Assembly: GCA_964035545.1 (NCBI GenBank)
Contig: OZ037766.1
Span: 32,602,773 to 32,666,772 of the forward strand
DNA: 64,000 nt
Direction of reading: 5' to 3'
Source: Bugula neritina
Taxonomy: Eukaryota; Animalia; Bryozoa
The translations under genes and the position numbers were made by a program. Below the pieces are notes generated by a model. It did not search any database. It was not told the origin of the DNA and saw only the letters and a list, made by a program, of their open reading frames with translations. This document shows, in pieces, positions 1-13,758 of the stretch (positions are counted from its first letter, which is position 1; every line of letters begins with the position of its first letter).

Positions 1-134
1 CATAGTACAGTCTTAAATAGTATATCGGAGTTGTTTTAAAATCTTATTCAAAGTTTCTGTTTATGTAATAAAAAGTTTCATGAATTGAATATTGATATTC
101 AATTTAGCTTCATTAACATTGAACTACATCACAC

Positions 135-330
135 ATGCATGTCAAAACTTCTTTAAGATTTCAACATATCAACACTTCTTTAACAATTCAACATATCAAC
201 ACTTCAACACTTCCTCAACACTTCAACATATCAAAACTTCAACACTTAACAACATATCAGAACTTCTTTAACACTTCAAAAATTCAACACATCAATGCTT
301 CAACACAACAACATTTAGCCACTTCCAATC
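135..330. repeat. Degenerate short-period ACTTCAAC/CAACA-type repeat (intronic)
   Basis: Repeated acttcaaca / tcaacatatc motifs are directly visible. Confidence 0.6.
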
Positions 331-508
331 ATGTAAACCTAATTTAAACATTAAATAAATATTCTGCATTCAAATGGGAAAGGAACAACCAAAGTGTTCT
401 CTTGCTTCAACAACATATTAATAATGTTCTACACACTAAATCAATACTCTATCATCAATGTAAACAATTGCGCTAGGTTGCTATGGGTAAAGTAACAGCA
501 CAACTTAC

Positions 509-3500
509 TGGAGCATGTTGGGGCTGTTGACCAATGACGGTTAGCTCGGCAGGTTATGATGGAAGACCCAGCAGTCACCTCATATCCTGGTAGACACGTG
601 TATGACGTTGTGTCTTGGTAGTTAGTACCAGTGCTGCTTGTGGCAGCGCTGACGCTGTTGGCAACAGTTGGTGGATTACCGCAGCTAATCCCTACCAGGT
701 GAAGCAAAGCTTGATTACACATATCATTGATTTACTAGAGAAAAGTGCGGCTGGCACTGTAACGCTAAATAACTAAAATATTTGCTACTCCCTGTGAAAG
801 TTGGTCAGAATCGCTCTAACCTCTACTGAAAACGCAAATATTTAATCACATATTGGCTTGAAGTAATTTTTTGTGGTTTGCTTAAAATTGCAAAAAATTG
901 AGGTTGTTAGCTTATTGAAAAAATGCTATAAGGATGTATCCTAAATAAGAAAAACATTTTGCAGATGAAGTTGAAAGGTTTTCAACTCTATGTTCAAATT
1001 GAAAATATAGATATGAAGAAATTAGCTTTATTTGGGTTTATTTACATTGGTATCAATTTCCAGCCATCAATGTTTTGCACAATAGAATTCTGTTTAAACT
1101 ATAGCTGTGTTAGCAAAAAAACACATCCGGCATCTATAATACTTTCAAAATATTATAATTTTTATTACCAATTATATATTTTAGATAAAGCACTGTTATA
1201 AGTATAAAATATGAAACTTGGAAAATATGATTTGCAGACATGAAAAAGCTGGCTAAATATCTGGAATATAAGACGGCTACTGCTAATGTCAAAACCATGT
1301 TTTCAACATGTGAAGGAATGGAATGGAATGGTATTTGCATTGAGTTTGCCATTTTGTTTAGTATGTTGACACCATGTTTGTTGAATTCTCATTATCAAAA
1401 GGGGTTTCCCTGAAGAAAAATTTTGCTGGTGGGAAAATCAGTTATATATACCACTGTTGAGTGAACACAGTGCTTCCGTTTATAAAATTCCACAAGCAGA
1501 TCATTCGAAGTTTAGTCCGACTGTTGCTCACATGGTGTTACTTAAGTGTTTATTCAATTACTCTGGTCCAGGGTTTATTTCTTGCAGAGAAGATATTGCA
1601 CACAAACCAGAAAGTTTGACAAGGATGACAAATTCTCTGGCAGCTTATTATTCATAGAAGTCACTAACATCTATCAGTGTTTCTCATGCTTCATCGCCCA
1701 GAGAACATTTTCACCAAGTACATTCACGTCAACATGCCAAGCTAGAGTACTACTGTTAACATTCTAATTAATTGCTCTATCACATGCTTGTACTGGCTCT
1801 TATCTCAGTATTTATTGATTGCAAATTAACCGAATTATTTAAATGCTTTAAGAAACCTTTAAACCTTTTAAAAAGCCTTTAAAAAGCAATATTATTATTT
1901 TTAAAAAATAACATTAAAACTACTATAAAACTGAATTGCCAAATCTCTGATAATGCTTTCAATATTGCAGATATAAATTGATAGTGTAGAAAAATTTGTT
2001 AAAAGCACATTACCCTATTTGAAAAAGCTTAAAAGTTCTGCTATGTAATATAATATACGCATGTTGCAAGATTTATGACTATATTATGACGCTGTGATAT
2101 AGTTCTTTTTTATTGCTGAGATATTTAGCCCGAGAATCATGAATGCAACAGGATGTAAAAGACCTACTTGTACACCTCGCATAATACCCATCACTCGGGC
2201 TTGACCACCTTCCAGAAGACTGGCAGCTCAAACTGAAGCTGCTCTGATGCCCCAGTCGCTCATACCCCGACAGGCACGCACAACTCCTACTAACAGGGTA
2301 TCTGGTAGAGCCACTAGAACATCTAACTCCCACCATAGCACTGATCTCTCCACAATCTCTACCTAAAACAATCGTAGCATATGGGATATTGTGTGTTACA
2401 TGTCCATTGTTTAAAGTTATTATCCCTACACCTGATGGCGAATGCTTTTAGGTCTTTGATATACCTGTAACATGGATATACCTGTAACATGGCTATACCT
2501 GTAACATGGTCATACCTGTAACATGGTTATACCTGTAACATGGCTATACCTGTAACATGGCCATACCTGTAACATGGCTATACCTGTAACATGGATATAC
2601 CTGTAACATGGCTATACCTGTAACATGGATATACCTGTAACATGGCTATACCTGTAACATGGTCATACCTGTAACATGGCTATACCTGTAACATGGCCAT
2701 ACCTGTAACATGGCCATACCTGTAACATGGTCATACCTGTAACATAATGATTATATGGAAAACTGAACCAGCTTGAGCCTACAGTTTTGTAAACCAGTAC
2801 TTTGAATCTTAGCGAGAAAATGGGCAGCAGAAAGATGCTACAGCTGCAAACGTGAGACGTGTCAGAAATATCTTTGCTAATTGTAAGTCATCAGTTGGGT
2901 AACTTCTCAATTTCCAGCACTTTAAACTTATTTATAAAAAAAGGAAATTTTAGATACACTATTTAGACATATCATGTTTTGTTTATAGCATAAAACGGGA
3001 TTATACTTGTTCTTTAAACTTAGACTAGCAAATTTTGCAAATTCATGAGAGCTAACCTTGACATTGTTCTTGCGGAGTTATCCACTGACCATCACTCCCG
3101 CAGTACATCTGTACATCCTGTGTCCCGTTTGTCAAGTAGTAATTTGAGTTACAAGTGAAGGCAACAAATCCACTAAAGTAACTGAAATACCAAAAATTAC
3201 CAGATCATAACATTCCACTTTATTTCTATAACATTGGGTTATGTCAAATTTAAACTGTAACAAAAAGATAGTACCATGCGTACTAGCTTGCATATCTGCA
3301 TGAACTATTAACACTGTACACTATATATTATAACTTTTATTGTTTGTAAGCACATGGGGTAGAATGTATATAATACTAGACTTACATAGTTGGCAAGGTT
3401 CTGGAAAGGAAGTAGACTGTCCTATAGTAAGAAGAAGTTCTAGATCTGCTGTACCCGTAGTAACCGTAGGAGCGTCTGTAGTACAGCTCTTGTCGGCTCT

Positions 3501-4930
3501 CAACTTGCCTGTTTCTTGTAGCTCTACTCAGTGAAGGTGTACTTTGGCATTGCACTCCTAAAATGCATCTAAATACTGTTTGATTTGTTTGTTAATGAAC
3601 TACTACCTAAATATAAGTAATATACTAAGTTATATATTATTATCTACAAACATTTACTAAATGGCTCACTCTATAATGTCGTCATATTTTAATAAAGCTG
3701 CAGACATGCGTATAATAATTTTTAAGTAAGCAAAATATGAAAAGAAATTTGGTAAGTCGCTATACTTCAATGCAAATAGCTCAAGCTTAGTAGGCTATAA
3801 TAACTGCTGCACTCCAAATGCAATTTTCATGCTTGTAAGAATAAAATCATTTTGAAGTTGTCTTACTTTGGCAGGTAACTTGCACTGATGTCCACACGGA
3901 GTAGCCATGTAATTGGAGACAAGCTATGGTGTTGTTGCCCCTAGCAACATAACCGTTGGCAGCATCACACGTGTAGGTAGCAATCCGCAGAGAGTTCACG
4001 TAGGAGTAGGAGAGTGTTGCGTGACTCACTGAAGGAGCGGATCCACAGGAAAGAGCTGCATAAAGAAAGGGAGGGTAAGACATCGTGCCCGTCTATCAAC
4101 TGACTAGTAGAGGTTAAGTTCTTAGTGTATGATATTCAATCACTTAGTTGTTTATTGGTGACACAGGTTCAGTCTGACTATTTTTTATATCAACTTGGCT
4201 GTGAACTTTGTATAGTATGGTGATAAAAATAAAATGTCGACTTCGAAATAATATTGGTAATTGTTAAAACAGCATATAGTTGGTTACCACAAACACAGTT
4301 TGAATACTGCATGAAAAATAAAGAATGTTTATCACACCAAACATGAGAAGCTTATAAAATTAATATAGTACTTTTATAGAATAAAATGATATATTTTGTA
4401 TGTAACCTGTTAAAATAATACTGATAGTTTATACACAATAAAACTTGTTATATTCAGAAATAGATGAACCAATTACTTCTTGTTTGATATAATATATCAA
4501 ACAAGAAGTATTATATAGCTACTACATAGCTTCTAAGATCTACTTTCCCTTTGATCTTAGCCTACAGATCAGCGTTTCAACTTAAGTTCTTTTAGCCCGA
4601 GTACAATGAAACTGCTATGTGCTGCAGAAGAGCAAGAAATCTTTAAAATCTTGCAAGAGAACTAACTATGAATTTATCGTTAATGATGCACCCAAATTTT
4701 TTGGTCAGCATTTACCTTTTAGTCTTTTAGTTTCTGCAACTCATAATAATATCTGAAGAGATAAAATCATCACATCTCATGAGTTACACTTAAAACTGAC
4801 CAAATTAGTGTGGCTATAACAATAATAAGATAGTAGATGGTATGTGTAGGTCACTATAGAGCTCTAACTAACCTGTATATACCAGACAACACCAAATCCA
4901 GACGTATCCTGTAAACCTCCTCTCCTCCAT
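509..4930 (-). CDS. Secreted Sushi/CCP (SCR) repeat protein, 5' portion (continues beyond the left edge). Exons 4873-4930, 3867-4055, 3386-3557, 3057-3181, 2168-2362, 509-691
   Basis: First exon encodes a signal-like peptide (MEERRFTGYVWIWCCLVYT). It is followed by phase-1 GT-AG exons with the CCP consensus C..P...Y/F.C..GY...C...W...C, e.g. CGNPPTVANS...YTCLPGY...CRANRHWSTAPTC. All junction phases are compatible. Confidence 0.85.
2460..2744. repeat. 17-bp minisatellite (ATACCTGTAACATGGnn), about 17 copies, intronic
   Basis: Head-to-tail copies differing only at two positions. Confidence 0.95.
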
Positions 4931-5904
4931 GGTTGACGAAAGTTAGTAATCTGATGAATTTCCTAGACAGATCGAGCCAGCAGCTTGCCATTTGACCTCT
5001 ACTGTGAAAGTTATGATTGCTGAACCTCATTTTTTATTCATCAACTGATTGTCACTGCTAACAGCTCATGCAGGCAGCTGGATGCTTCTTGCTGCTACAA
5101 AAATAAACCAGTGAATTCCAGGGTTGAGTGGGTCTTCTAAAGAAAACAATCAACATGTTTGGCTTTGACTCCTGAGCATAGTTGAAGCTCTAAATAGGTG
5201 TTATATAACTCACACACTGTAACTAGTTTATAATGTGCTTAAGTAAGATTATATATTATACATCCTCCACATTATAGCGTGCAGTGTGGCTTTTTGTAAG
5301 AATAATTGCTTGACACATTACACACAGCCATAGATGTCCAGGAAAGCTTTGAGCTGTCATTCTGATAGCAATTAAGCTTTTTTTGACTAGTTGCATAATT
5401 TTGCGTCCTGCATCTATTATAGTGTCATAAGGAAATGAGACAGTTTTATCAAATTGTAAAAAAATGTTTGAGTTATAGTTAATAATTAACTTGTATATAT
5501 ATTTTTTAAAATTACTAATTGCATGTTTGGAACTATTTTTCTCATTCATTTGAAATATTTTGATTAACATATTTTTTTTCTCTAGAATATTAAAGTAACA
5601 AAGCTGTTCTAACACAATTTTCATGGTGTATCTAATATTAAATTCTGCAAAGACATGGAAGTGAGATTTGTTCATGTTCATACTAATGCAATTCATCAAA
5701 TGATGAACACGCTTCACAAACAAAACATTCTTGACTGTGATAAATTTTGATAAGATGCAATTATCAAGCTAGTAATTTTGGTTAAGGAATTCCCCTGTTA
5801 CTCAACAATTCAGTAATTTTAAAATAAATACTGTTGGGTTTTGCAAGAGATTAGAGATGTTAGCGTTATCATGGTAACAGGAAGCTAAGGTGGGGTTTGT
5901 GCTC

Positions 5905-6056
5905 TATTTCTCTCAACTTCTCTCAATTTCTCTCAGCTTCTTTCATCTTCTTTCAACTTCTCTGCGTATCTCTCATCTTCTCCCAGTTTATCTCAGTTTC
6001 TCTTGGCCTCTCTCAGTTTCTCTAGGCCTCTCTCAGTTTCTCTCAGCCTCTCTCAA
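5905..6056. repeat. Degenerate pyrimidine-rich (TCTCTCAG..) repeat
   Basis: Repeated tctctca[ag] units. Confidence 0.65.
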
Positions 6057-7626
6057 AGAAACTAACAAAGGGAATACAGAGTAGCTTTCCAATTCCATGT
6101 TCATAATCATAAACATTCATCACTATTATCAGCTACCTCATATAATTCCTGCAGTAATTATAGGGTACATTTAACGACATTTCTTGGCCGAAGTTGATGA
6201 TGTAACATGAGTGATTTGTTGGCTATATTTTTACTATTATATGTTCAACACAAAGAAAAATTTGACAATCACCATAAAATCATCCGACAAAAGTTTGTGC
6301 GTGAGGAGATAATTTCATAAATACAAAACTTCCACTCTTGCTCTTCACTTCAAACAGGCACATACTATAATTATTTCTTTTAAGCGTTAAATGTTGTTGT
6401 CCATGACTCGTGTTATTATTAGCAAATAATTGCAAAATTTTTGGCTAAATCACAAAATAGTAAATAAATGTAAATTTTATAATAATTTTATAACAGGTTT
6501 GTTTTGTTAATTAAAATTTTACGGCACACTATTATGTAATAAGTATATTATAATGAAATATTTCAAGCCAGATGATTCAAATTGCAATTATACACTACCT
6601 AGCAGCTGCCTAGCAATAATGAAAATGTTTAAATATCAATAAATTATATATACAATATGTTATGAATAACGTTTTACTACATTAAAATAGTTATAACTTC
6701 ACCATTAAACAAAATGTACATATGTATGTATCAATTTTTACTCAAATACCAATATAAATAATAAAACAGAGATGAGTCTACATGACCTTTGTTTACATAC
6801 AGCTTGTGTTGAATATTTCATATACTGTTTATGCTTTCAACTTAGAAGTTTTTTCAAGCAGTACTTTGTTTTATAGACTGTAATAAAATAAAATATTTTA
6901 CTATACTGAGTAAATGTTTTATGTCTCAAATTATGCAATAAACTTCAATTTAAAATGATACTATCATATAAAATTAGTATTTTTACTGCACATATCTTAT
7001 TTAAGTTTTATACAGATCAAATAAACTTCCAAAACTTATAACTATATATGAAATGGTGCTTGAAGACAGATTATCCTAAATTTTTATTTCGCTGTAAATT
7101 TTGCATTAATTATAATTTCTCAACAACTTTTTCTTTTCCAATTTCTAAATATGGTCCTAATAAGCCATTGGAAAGTACAAGCAGAAAATTTCATGAGTTT
7201 TATGCAAATTGTAATCCGATCCTGTCAAAATGTCAAATGATGAATGACTAAATTGGTGAAGCTGGAAGTTGGTATGTGATGTTATGGTAAGCCAGTAGGG
7301 GAATTCCCAGCACAATAGGGGAAATCCTGTCTTATCTTCTCAAACGTAATAGACTAAAGTTTTAAAATCAACGCCAGTATGGGCACACACTCGTACCTTT
7401 CCTCTATACACCGATGAACCCATACTAAACTGGTTACCGCTTGGTAAATTTTATTTGAACATTCCAGATAATTCTGTTGGTTAGGGTGTAATCCTGTACT
7501 TCAACATGCGTCATCAGAACTTCGGGTATATAAACGCTGTACCTTATACCACTTTTCACGGATAAGTTCCCTGTTTTAGAGCTGGTATATAGTATACAAT
7601 ATTCACTACACCACAAGCACGTTAAA

Positions 7627-10373
7627 ATGCAGTCTTTGCTCACCACTATATTTGTAATGGTAAGAAAGGTTTAATTGATATTGATAGGTATTTCAAGATT
7701 TGCTTTATTAACTTTGACTGAATAGGTAAAAGCACTTTTTCAAGATTTTAAAATATTTTTTGAGTCATAATTATAAACAAATATAATCTTAATTCAAGCA
7801 AATAATTAGATGACCTATCTAAACATTTTGCAGTTATTCTTTATTTACTATTTCATTTAGTACTATCAATAACTAAACTATTTTAATATATTCAGCTTTT
7901 TTAATTTAGGAGATATTAGTTTATATGCTAATTTATAAAACTTTCTAATGTTGCTGTATTAGTAGAACTATAGTAAATTGTAAAATTAAATCATATATTA
8001 TGAAAATATCAAATAATTTTGCTAATTTGGTGTGGAACAATGCAGGAATTTTTATTAATTATTTATTCCTTATACTGTAAAGTTATTTTAATATAAATAG
8101 TTACATATCATGGTATAAGCAAAGGCATATGTATTATTTGTTAGCTCTTCTGCTCGATTTTATCTCTTTTGTTTTTCACCACATAGCTCTTCCCTCATTT
8201 TCTATTTTCTTGATCTAAGGCTGAACAACCTCTTGATAGAAAGGCTTGTCATTATTTCCATTTAAAACTGTTTAATTTAACTCATCTGCATTCTGCTATC
8301 TGCCTATTTGAGTAGTGCCAGGGCTTCGGTTAGTATCCACGAATAAGTGTTATAATAATTATTGTATTTACAGCGTAATGCTTTCTAAACACAATGCAAA
8401 TATTTCAGATTTGCCTTCTCTCGCCTGAGGCTCAGCTAATGTTATTACCAGAGCCACCGAGTGAATGCTATGCCCTCCAAACATATGATTTTGTTAGACT
8501 CAAAGTTTCTGCGACTGGAGAAATATACAGTCAGACAACTGTTGTGGAAACCAGCCTTTTTGGTACGTATTGGTTTATGAGTTATTGATTTACGAGTTTT
8601 ATGCCCGTCAGCTAATTTGCTTCTATATCAATGTTAAGGCTTCAGTTTAAGTATAGAATTTTACTATTTATAGATAGCAAAACTCTATATATACTTTTAC
8701 TAGAGTCTTAACATTGAGCTGAAATTGGCAGAACTCAGCATATTTTTTTGAAAAACTATTTAACGCAATCTAGTTTTGTTACATGTTTATCAATTTTTTA
8801 TTTTTCAAGTATTTACTAACCAACCAACTAACAAACTAAAATAGTAAAATAATTTCAACTATTCGCAGAGTGCAAATTGATAATATGCTATTCTAGATTT
8901 TAAGATGTTACCAATAAGTACATCTGGCTACAATGAAAGAGAAAACATGTTTATGTGGCGAGTGGTCACACCCCCCAACTATCCAATAAGATCTCCAGCT
9001 AACAATATTCTCTACCTCTCAGCTATCTGTGGAGACTCCTTAATGATGCGTCCTGTGAGTCTAAAGGCTATTAATAATATATGTACTTATTTATTTTGTA
9101 GATTTTGAGTGACATATAAATTTTACTTATATAAACAAAAATTATGTGTTGTCCTAATTGCAGCGACAATATAGGTATTGTTTAGCTCTGTATATGATAG
9201 CTAAATTTTAACAGGTGCTTGCACTATAATGAATAGTTTGTAAATAATTGTGCTGTAGAATGGTTTAAATTTGTCCTATTACGGCCTCAAACCAAAAAGA
9301 GGAGGAGCTAGTATAACTATATATAGTAGATATAAATAATGCAGTCTTTACAATGATGCTAATGTGCTTTAGACTGCATAGCTATATCATCAGGGCTTAT
9401 AATAAAATAGCTCTTTTAACGCAAACTAACTTTATTTGAATAAATTGTAAGTTTAAAGAAATGAATCATAAGTTTGGTTATAAAATCTTGTAAATATTTG
9501 AGTTCAATAGCCAAAATGTATATTGGTTCCGGATCTGTAGGAATTATATGTTACTGTGAGTAAGTCATGAAAATGAAAACGTCTAAAATGAATAGACTTT
9601 TACAACTTTATTAACTCATGTTGACCAGTTTAACATAAACCTGCTATTTATACATATATGAACATGATCTAAAGTAGCACCAATATAACAATTTTTTATA
9701 AATTCGAAGCTCATTAGTAAATGTAAGCTATACTTCATTTTTTTGGTAGATCTCTGAAACTTCAAGAATTCCAATTGATGGTCAGTTTCTACGGTATAAC
9801 TCATCTAGCTCTGACACTTTCAGGTAACACTTTGCATATTAGTATTATTAAATATAGGCACATCGATTGGTGTACCATACAACAAGAAAACTTGTGCAGT
9901 TGAATCAATGAAATTTTTCTATATAAATGTTTTGTTTCTGTAAGAGAAATAAAATTACCGATATAGGTATGTAATGAAACAGACCAACTCCCACCCTTCC
10001 AGAAAGTGCTATATTAAAATACAAGCTGATGGCAGCATACTAGCATCTGATCATAGTCAGCATCCAAGGAAAGATTGGCAGCGATTTCCACTCCATAATT
10101 CCCAGTATGACTTGCGTTTAGTAGTAAGTTGTGTCATATAAGTTTATCTGTGAAGTTTTGGTAATTTGATAACACAAACTGTGTATAACACACATGCTAT
10201 TTAATTTGTTCATTTTATTTGTTATAAATTATTACTCAATTTGTTTTGACTTTTTGACTTGGACTAAACCGTGAGAACTAAAATATTTTTATTTTCTACA
10301 AAAATCTTACCAAAACGAATTTATTATTTCATGTTTATCACAGTTTGCTGTGTTTTAGATTGTTCCTTGCTGA
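7627..10373 (+). CDS. Secreted 196-aa protein, divergent FGF-like / beta-trefoil candidate. Exons 7627-7659, 8409-8562, 8897-9054, 9750-9823, 9967-10123, 10359-10373
   Basis: Six GT-AG exons join in frame (intron phases 0,1,0,2,0). Hydrophobic N-terminus MQSLLTTIFVMICLLSPEA. Trefoil-like hairpin motifs RLKVSATGEIYS, LYLSAICGDSLM and CYIKIQADGSILAS. The gene model is firm; the family call is inference. Confidence 0.7.
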
Positions 10374-12049
10374 TGGTACAAATATAGGCTGCCGGTATTG
10401 CGAGTTAGACTGCTGCATCTGACACCATATTGTCTCACGTTTTACTATGTACCTATATGCCATTCATATTTCACAAGTATATATAACAAATTATATGATT
10501 AATATACTCCATAGACAAACTTAACAAACCTGGTCATTAACATAATATATCTTTGAAAAGTTGCTATATTAAAATGAATTGTACTTTATTTGACTTTGTT
10601 TTAAAAGTAAAATTGTCATTAAAATAAAGTTAATGCAAATTAATATTTATTATATCTATTTAAATGATATTTTTAGCTAGAGACTCAATTTTTAAAATTA
10701 TATATCTTTTGGCAAACATCTTCTCTGCAATGTGATCAAATGATCATTTAAAATATAATAATATGTAATGTAAGTGTAGATACTAATTATAGGCTTCATT
10801 TTGCAACTACTTTTTTATATTATTACAGATGGATGTTAATAAATAGCTGCTATAAATAATTTTAGCCTGTGGTTCATTTGTTTTGCCTTTTCATTTGTAG
10901 GGTACTTTTTATGTACTTGACTTAATGCTTTAAATTTTAATACTATATGCTGAAACAACTTATATATGTTGTGAATTCTGAATAGCCATTTGTCATAAAT
11001 CTGTTTAGAGTTCAACAGCTAAAACAATATATTTATCATAATAAAATATTCAACAGAATAAAAGATATTCAATACAATAATATTATAGAACGAGAACAAT
11101 AACTCTAAAAAAATATCAACTACTTATTTGTAACAATATTTTTTTTATTTTACAAACAAGAAAAAGATAATTTTAGTTAAATTCTTAAAAAAAATAAATC
11201 TAAATGAATAGATACAATAATTTGTAATGATTTTTATCACCGAGTCATTTTACAGAAAGCTCTTTCAAACACTACATGGGTTCTAAGCAGCAAACAACAT
11301 TCTGCTGACCAACTGCTCAGGTCAAAGCTGTTAAGGTCAAGGTGAAAAGGTCAAGGTAAAAAAGTCTCATGAGGACTCATGTAGCTATAGTCTAACTAAA
11401 TATAGTTTTAGGCAGATCAGTGGCTTTCCCAAACAGCAGCAATCTATGGCAATTTTGTCAACTTGTGTTCAAATTCTTGAGAAATTGTTTAAAAATTTTA
11501 TGTGATGGAATGTGGTATTTTATTATGGTGAGTGTAAGGTTGTCAACATAAATGTCATATAGAATCCTGGATGTAAACATGTTAAATGGAAAATGGTTAT
11601 GGCAGTGTTAATTTAAAGTTTGAGAAAGAAGTTAATGCTTTTTGTATTGTCACAAAATATTATATCATTTAAGATTTTTATATTATAGAAACTTAATTTA
11701 TATATAATGCTTTTAAGTAAATAATGGGTATCAGTGAAGAATTAACATTAAAACAGAAATAACACAGGATTGAGTAAAGGCTATATATAAGTAAGTGCAA
11801 AGCTTTAAGGCAAAGTGGAACTGTTGGTCAAAATATAATGATAGATGTTCATGAAAATTTTAGTTGTGTTTTAAATCTAAATAAACTTTTTAAAATCAAA
11901 GTAGATGTTTTTTTGTAGATAAAAGATTTGAAGCAAAATATGCAAACTGAAAGATAATTTTATTTTGTAAATTACTCTAAAACTTGTAAATTTTTATTTT
12001 ATCATGCAATTAGTGTCTAGCTAAATTCAGCTATATTAATATACTAGTT

Positions 12050-12380
12050 TAGTACTATAACTGCTACTACTAAGAACTACTATTGCAACTTACCATGCAC
12101 TAGCACTATGGATAGTATTAGCTGCTACTGTAGTAACTTACCACTAGCACTATACAGTGCCTACTATACCTGCTACTATATAGCAACTTACTATATACTA
12201 GGATCTTAGTATTGGCTGCTACTATAGCAACCTACCACTAGCATTATAGTATTGGCTGCTACTATGTATAGCAACCTACCACTAGCACTATAGTACTAGG
12301 TGCTACAATAGCAACTCACCACTAGCACTATAGTAATGCTACTAGTATATACTATTAGCACTAATGCTAGTGCTATTGCT
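12050..12380. repeat. Degenerate CTAC/ACTAGCACTATAGTA tandem repeat
   Basis: Recurrent gctactatagcaac.taccactagcactatagta blocks. Confidence 0.7.
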
Positions 12381-13758
12381 TCCCCTAACATTTAACATGC
12401 AGCACAGTTTAAAATCATACAATTATTTTACTTAACTTAAAAAGCTATAATATTGTGACTATATGCGCCAGTGCATGCAGGAATATTGTAATGCAGGTTT
12501 GCAATTGCCTGCCATGCATATAAACTACCTGCAGTTACCATGCAGTTAACTTTAAATGCGCACAAAGTCATTCTGTACTAAAATAATATTTACATGCAAG
12601 GTTTGGGGTATCGTTTAGCTGCTATGCAGACAAGTTTGTATAATTGAAATTAAATAATTATAAAAATTTCACACAAAATATTGACTACCTTTTCCTTTAA
12701 AAGGTAGTGATAGCAATTATGCTTCAATATTTTTTTTGTTGCAAAGTATTGCAATACAAATATTAGCTAGACACAAATTGCATGATAAAATTTTTCAAAG
12801 TTAAAAATGTTAAATTTTTTTGATAGTTTTCAAAATTTTTGACTAAATTTAAAACAAATATATACTAAAAAAAATATCCTTGATAAAATATTAATTATTT
12901 TGATTATGAGGGAGTTTTCTAGCAGTTTGCTATAAAAACATAATATTTTAAATAAAGGTTTGAATATTTTGTCATTGAAAGTCAAAAGAAAATTGTTGCT
13001 TCTAAAAAAATTTCTATCATGATAAGAAGTGCTTAAATAAATATGAGCAGATAAAATAAACACAATTTTCGGAACACTAAGAAAATATTTTCATCCAATT
13101 GGCTACATACAGTGTTGTATTTTATACTAGTAAAACTTCAAGAAATTTGTAGAATTGGTAAATTTATCAAAATTAAAATAGCAATATAGGGCTTTTTTCA
13201 TTATGGTCTATCATATATCGTAGTTGAATATTTGAGAATAGAGTAATTATATCTGCTTATAAGAAAATACGAAGGAACGCAGGAATGAAGTGGAGAAATT
13301 AGATACAATAAAATTTGTAGATTGCAACAGCTTTTTAAATTAATTGGTGAAGAGAAAAAATAACCTGTTGTAAAAGTATACTTTTACTAAACTGTATATA
13401 GCTGCATCTGTTACGTAGTTTGATATGTTTACCAAAGGGCCTTCCATAATATAGTTTACCAACATTGAAACGTGAATAGAATATGACTTATTCAATAATT
13501 ACTTTATATATCAATATTTTCACTAATTAATTGCTTTACCAAAGAATTTCAAGAACTATTACTAACGATAGGCGTTGACGAAGCTATAATATAGTAGAAT
13601 TAAATTAGGTAATGAGGGAAGAGGCATTGGTGCGTTTTAGGACAGCTTTCTACAATGTTAGCTGCTGTTCCAGCCACTGATCTGCCTACCTAAACACTAA
13701 TTTAGTGGACACAACTCCTGAAGCATAGCCTAGCAGTGGAATACTCTCTCACATATTG

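Noticed and set aside
2460-2744. CRISPR-like array (also considered for 36858-36986 and 45992-46288)
   Set aside because: Units are head-to-tail with no unique spacers, there are no cas genes, and the context is eukaryotic introns.
4716-4753. Possible micro-exon in the Sushi gene
   Set aside because: Splice-like signals are present, but the longer version has an in-frame stop and the flanking exons already join in phase without it.
5256-5723. 155-aa ORF upstream of the Sushi gene
   Set aside because: AT-rich composition, non-ATG start, no motif and no compatible splice partner.
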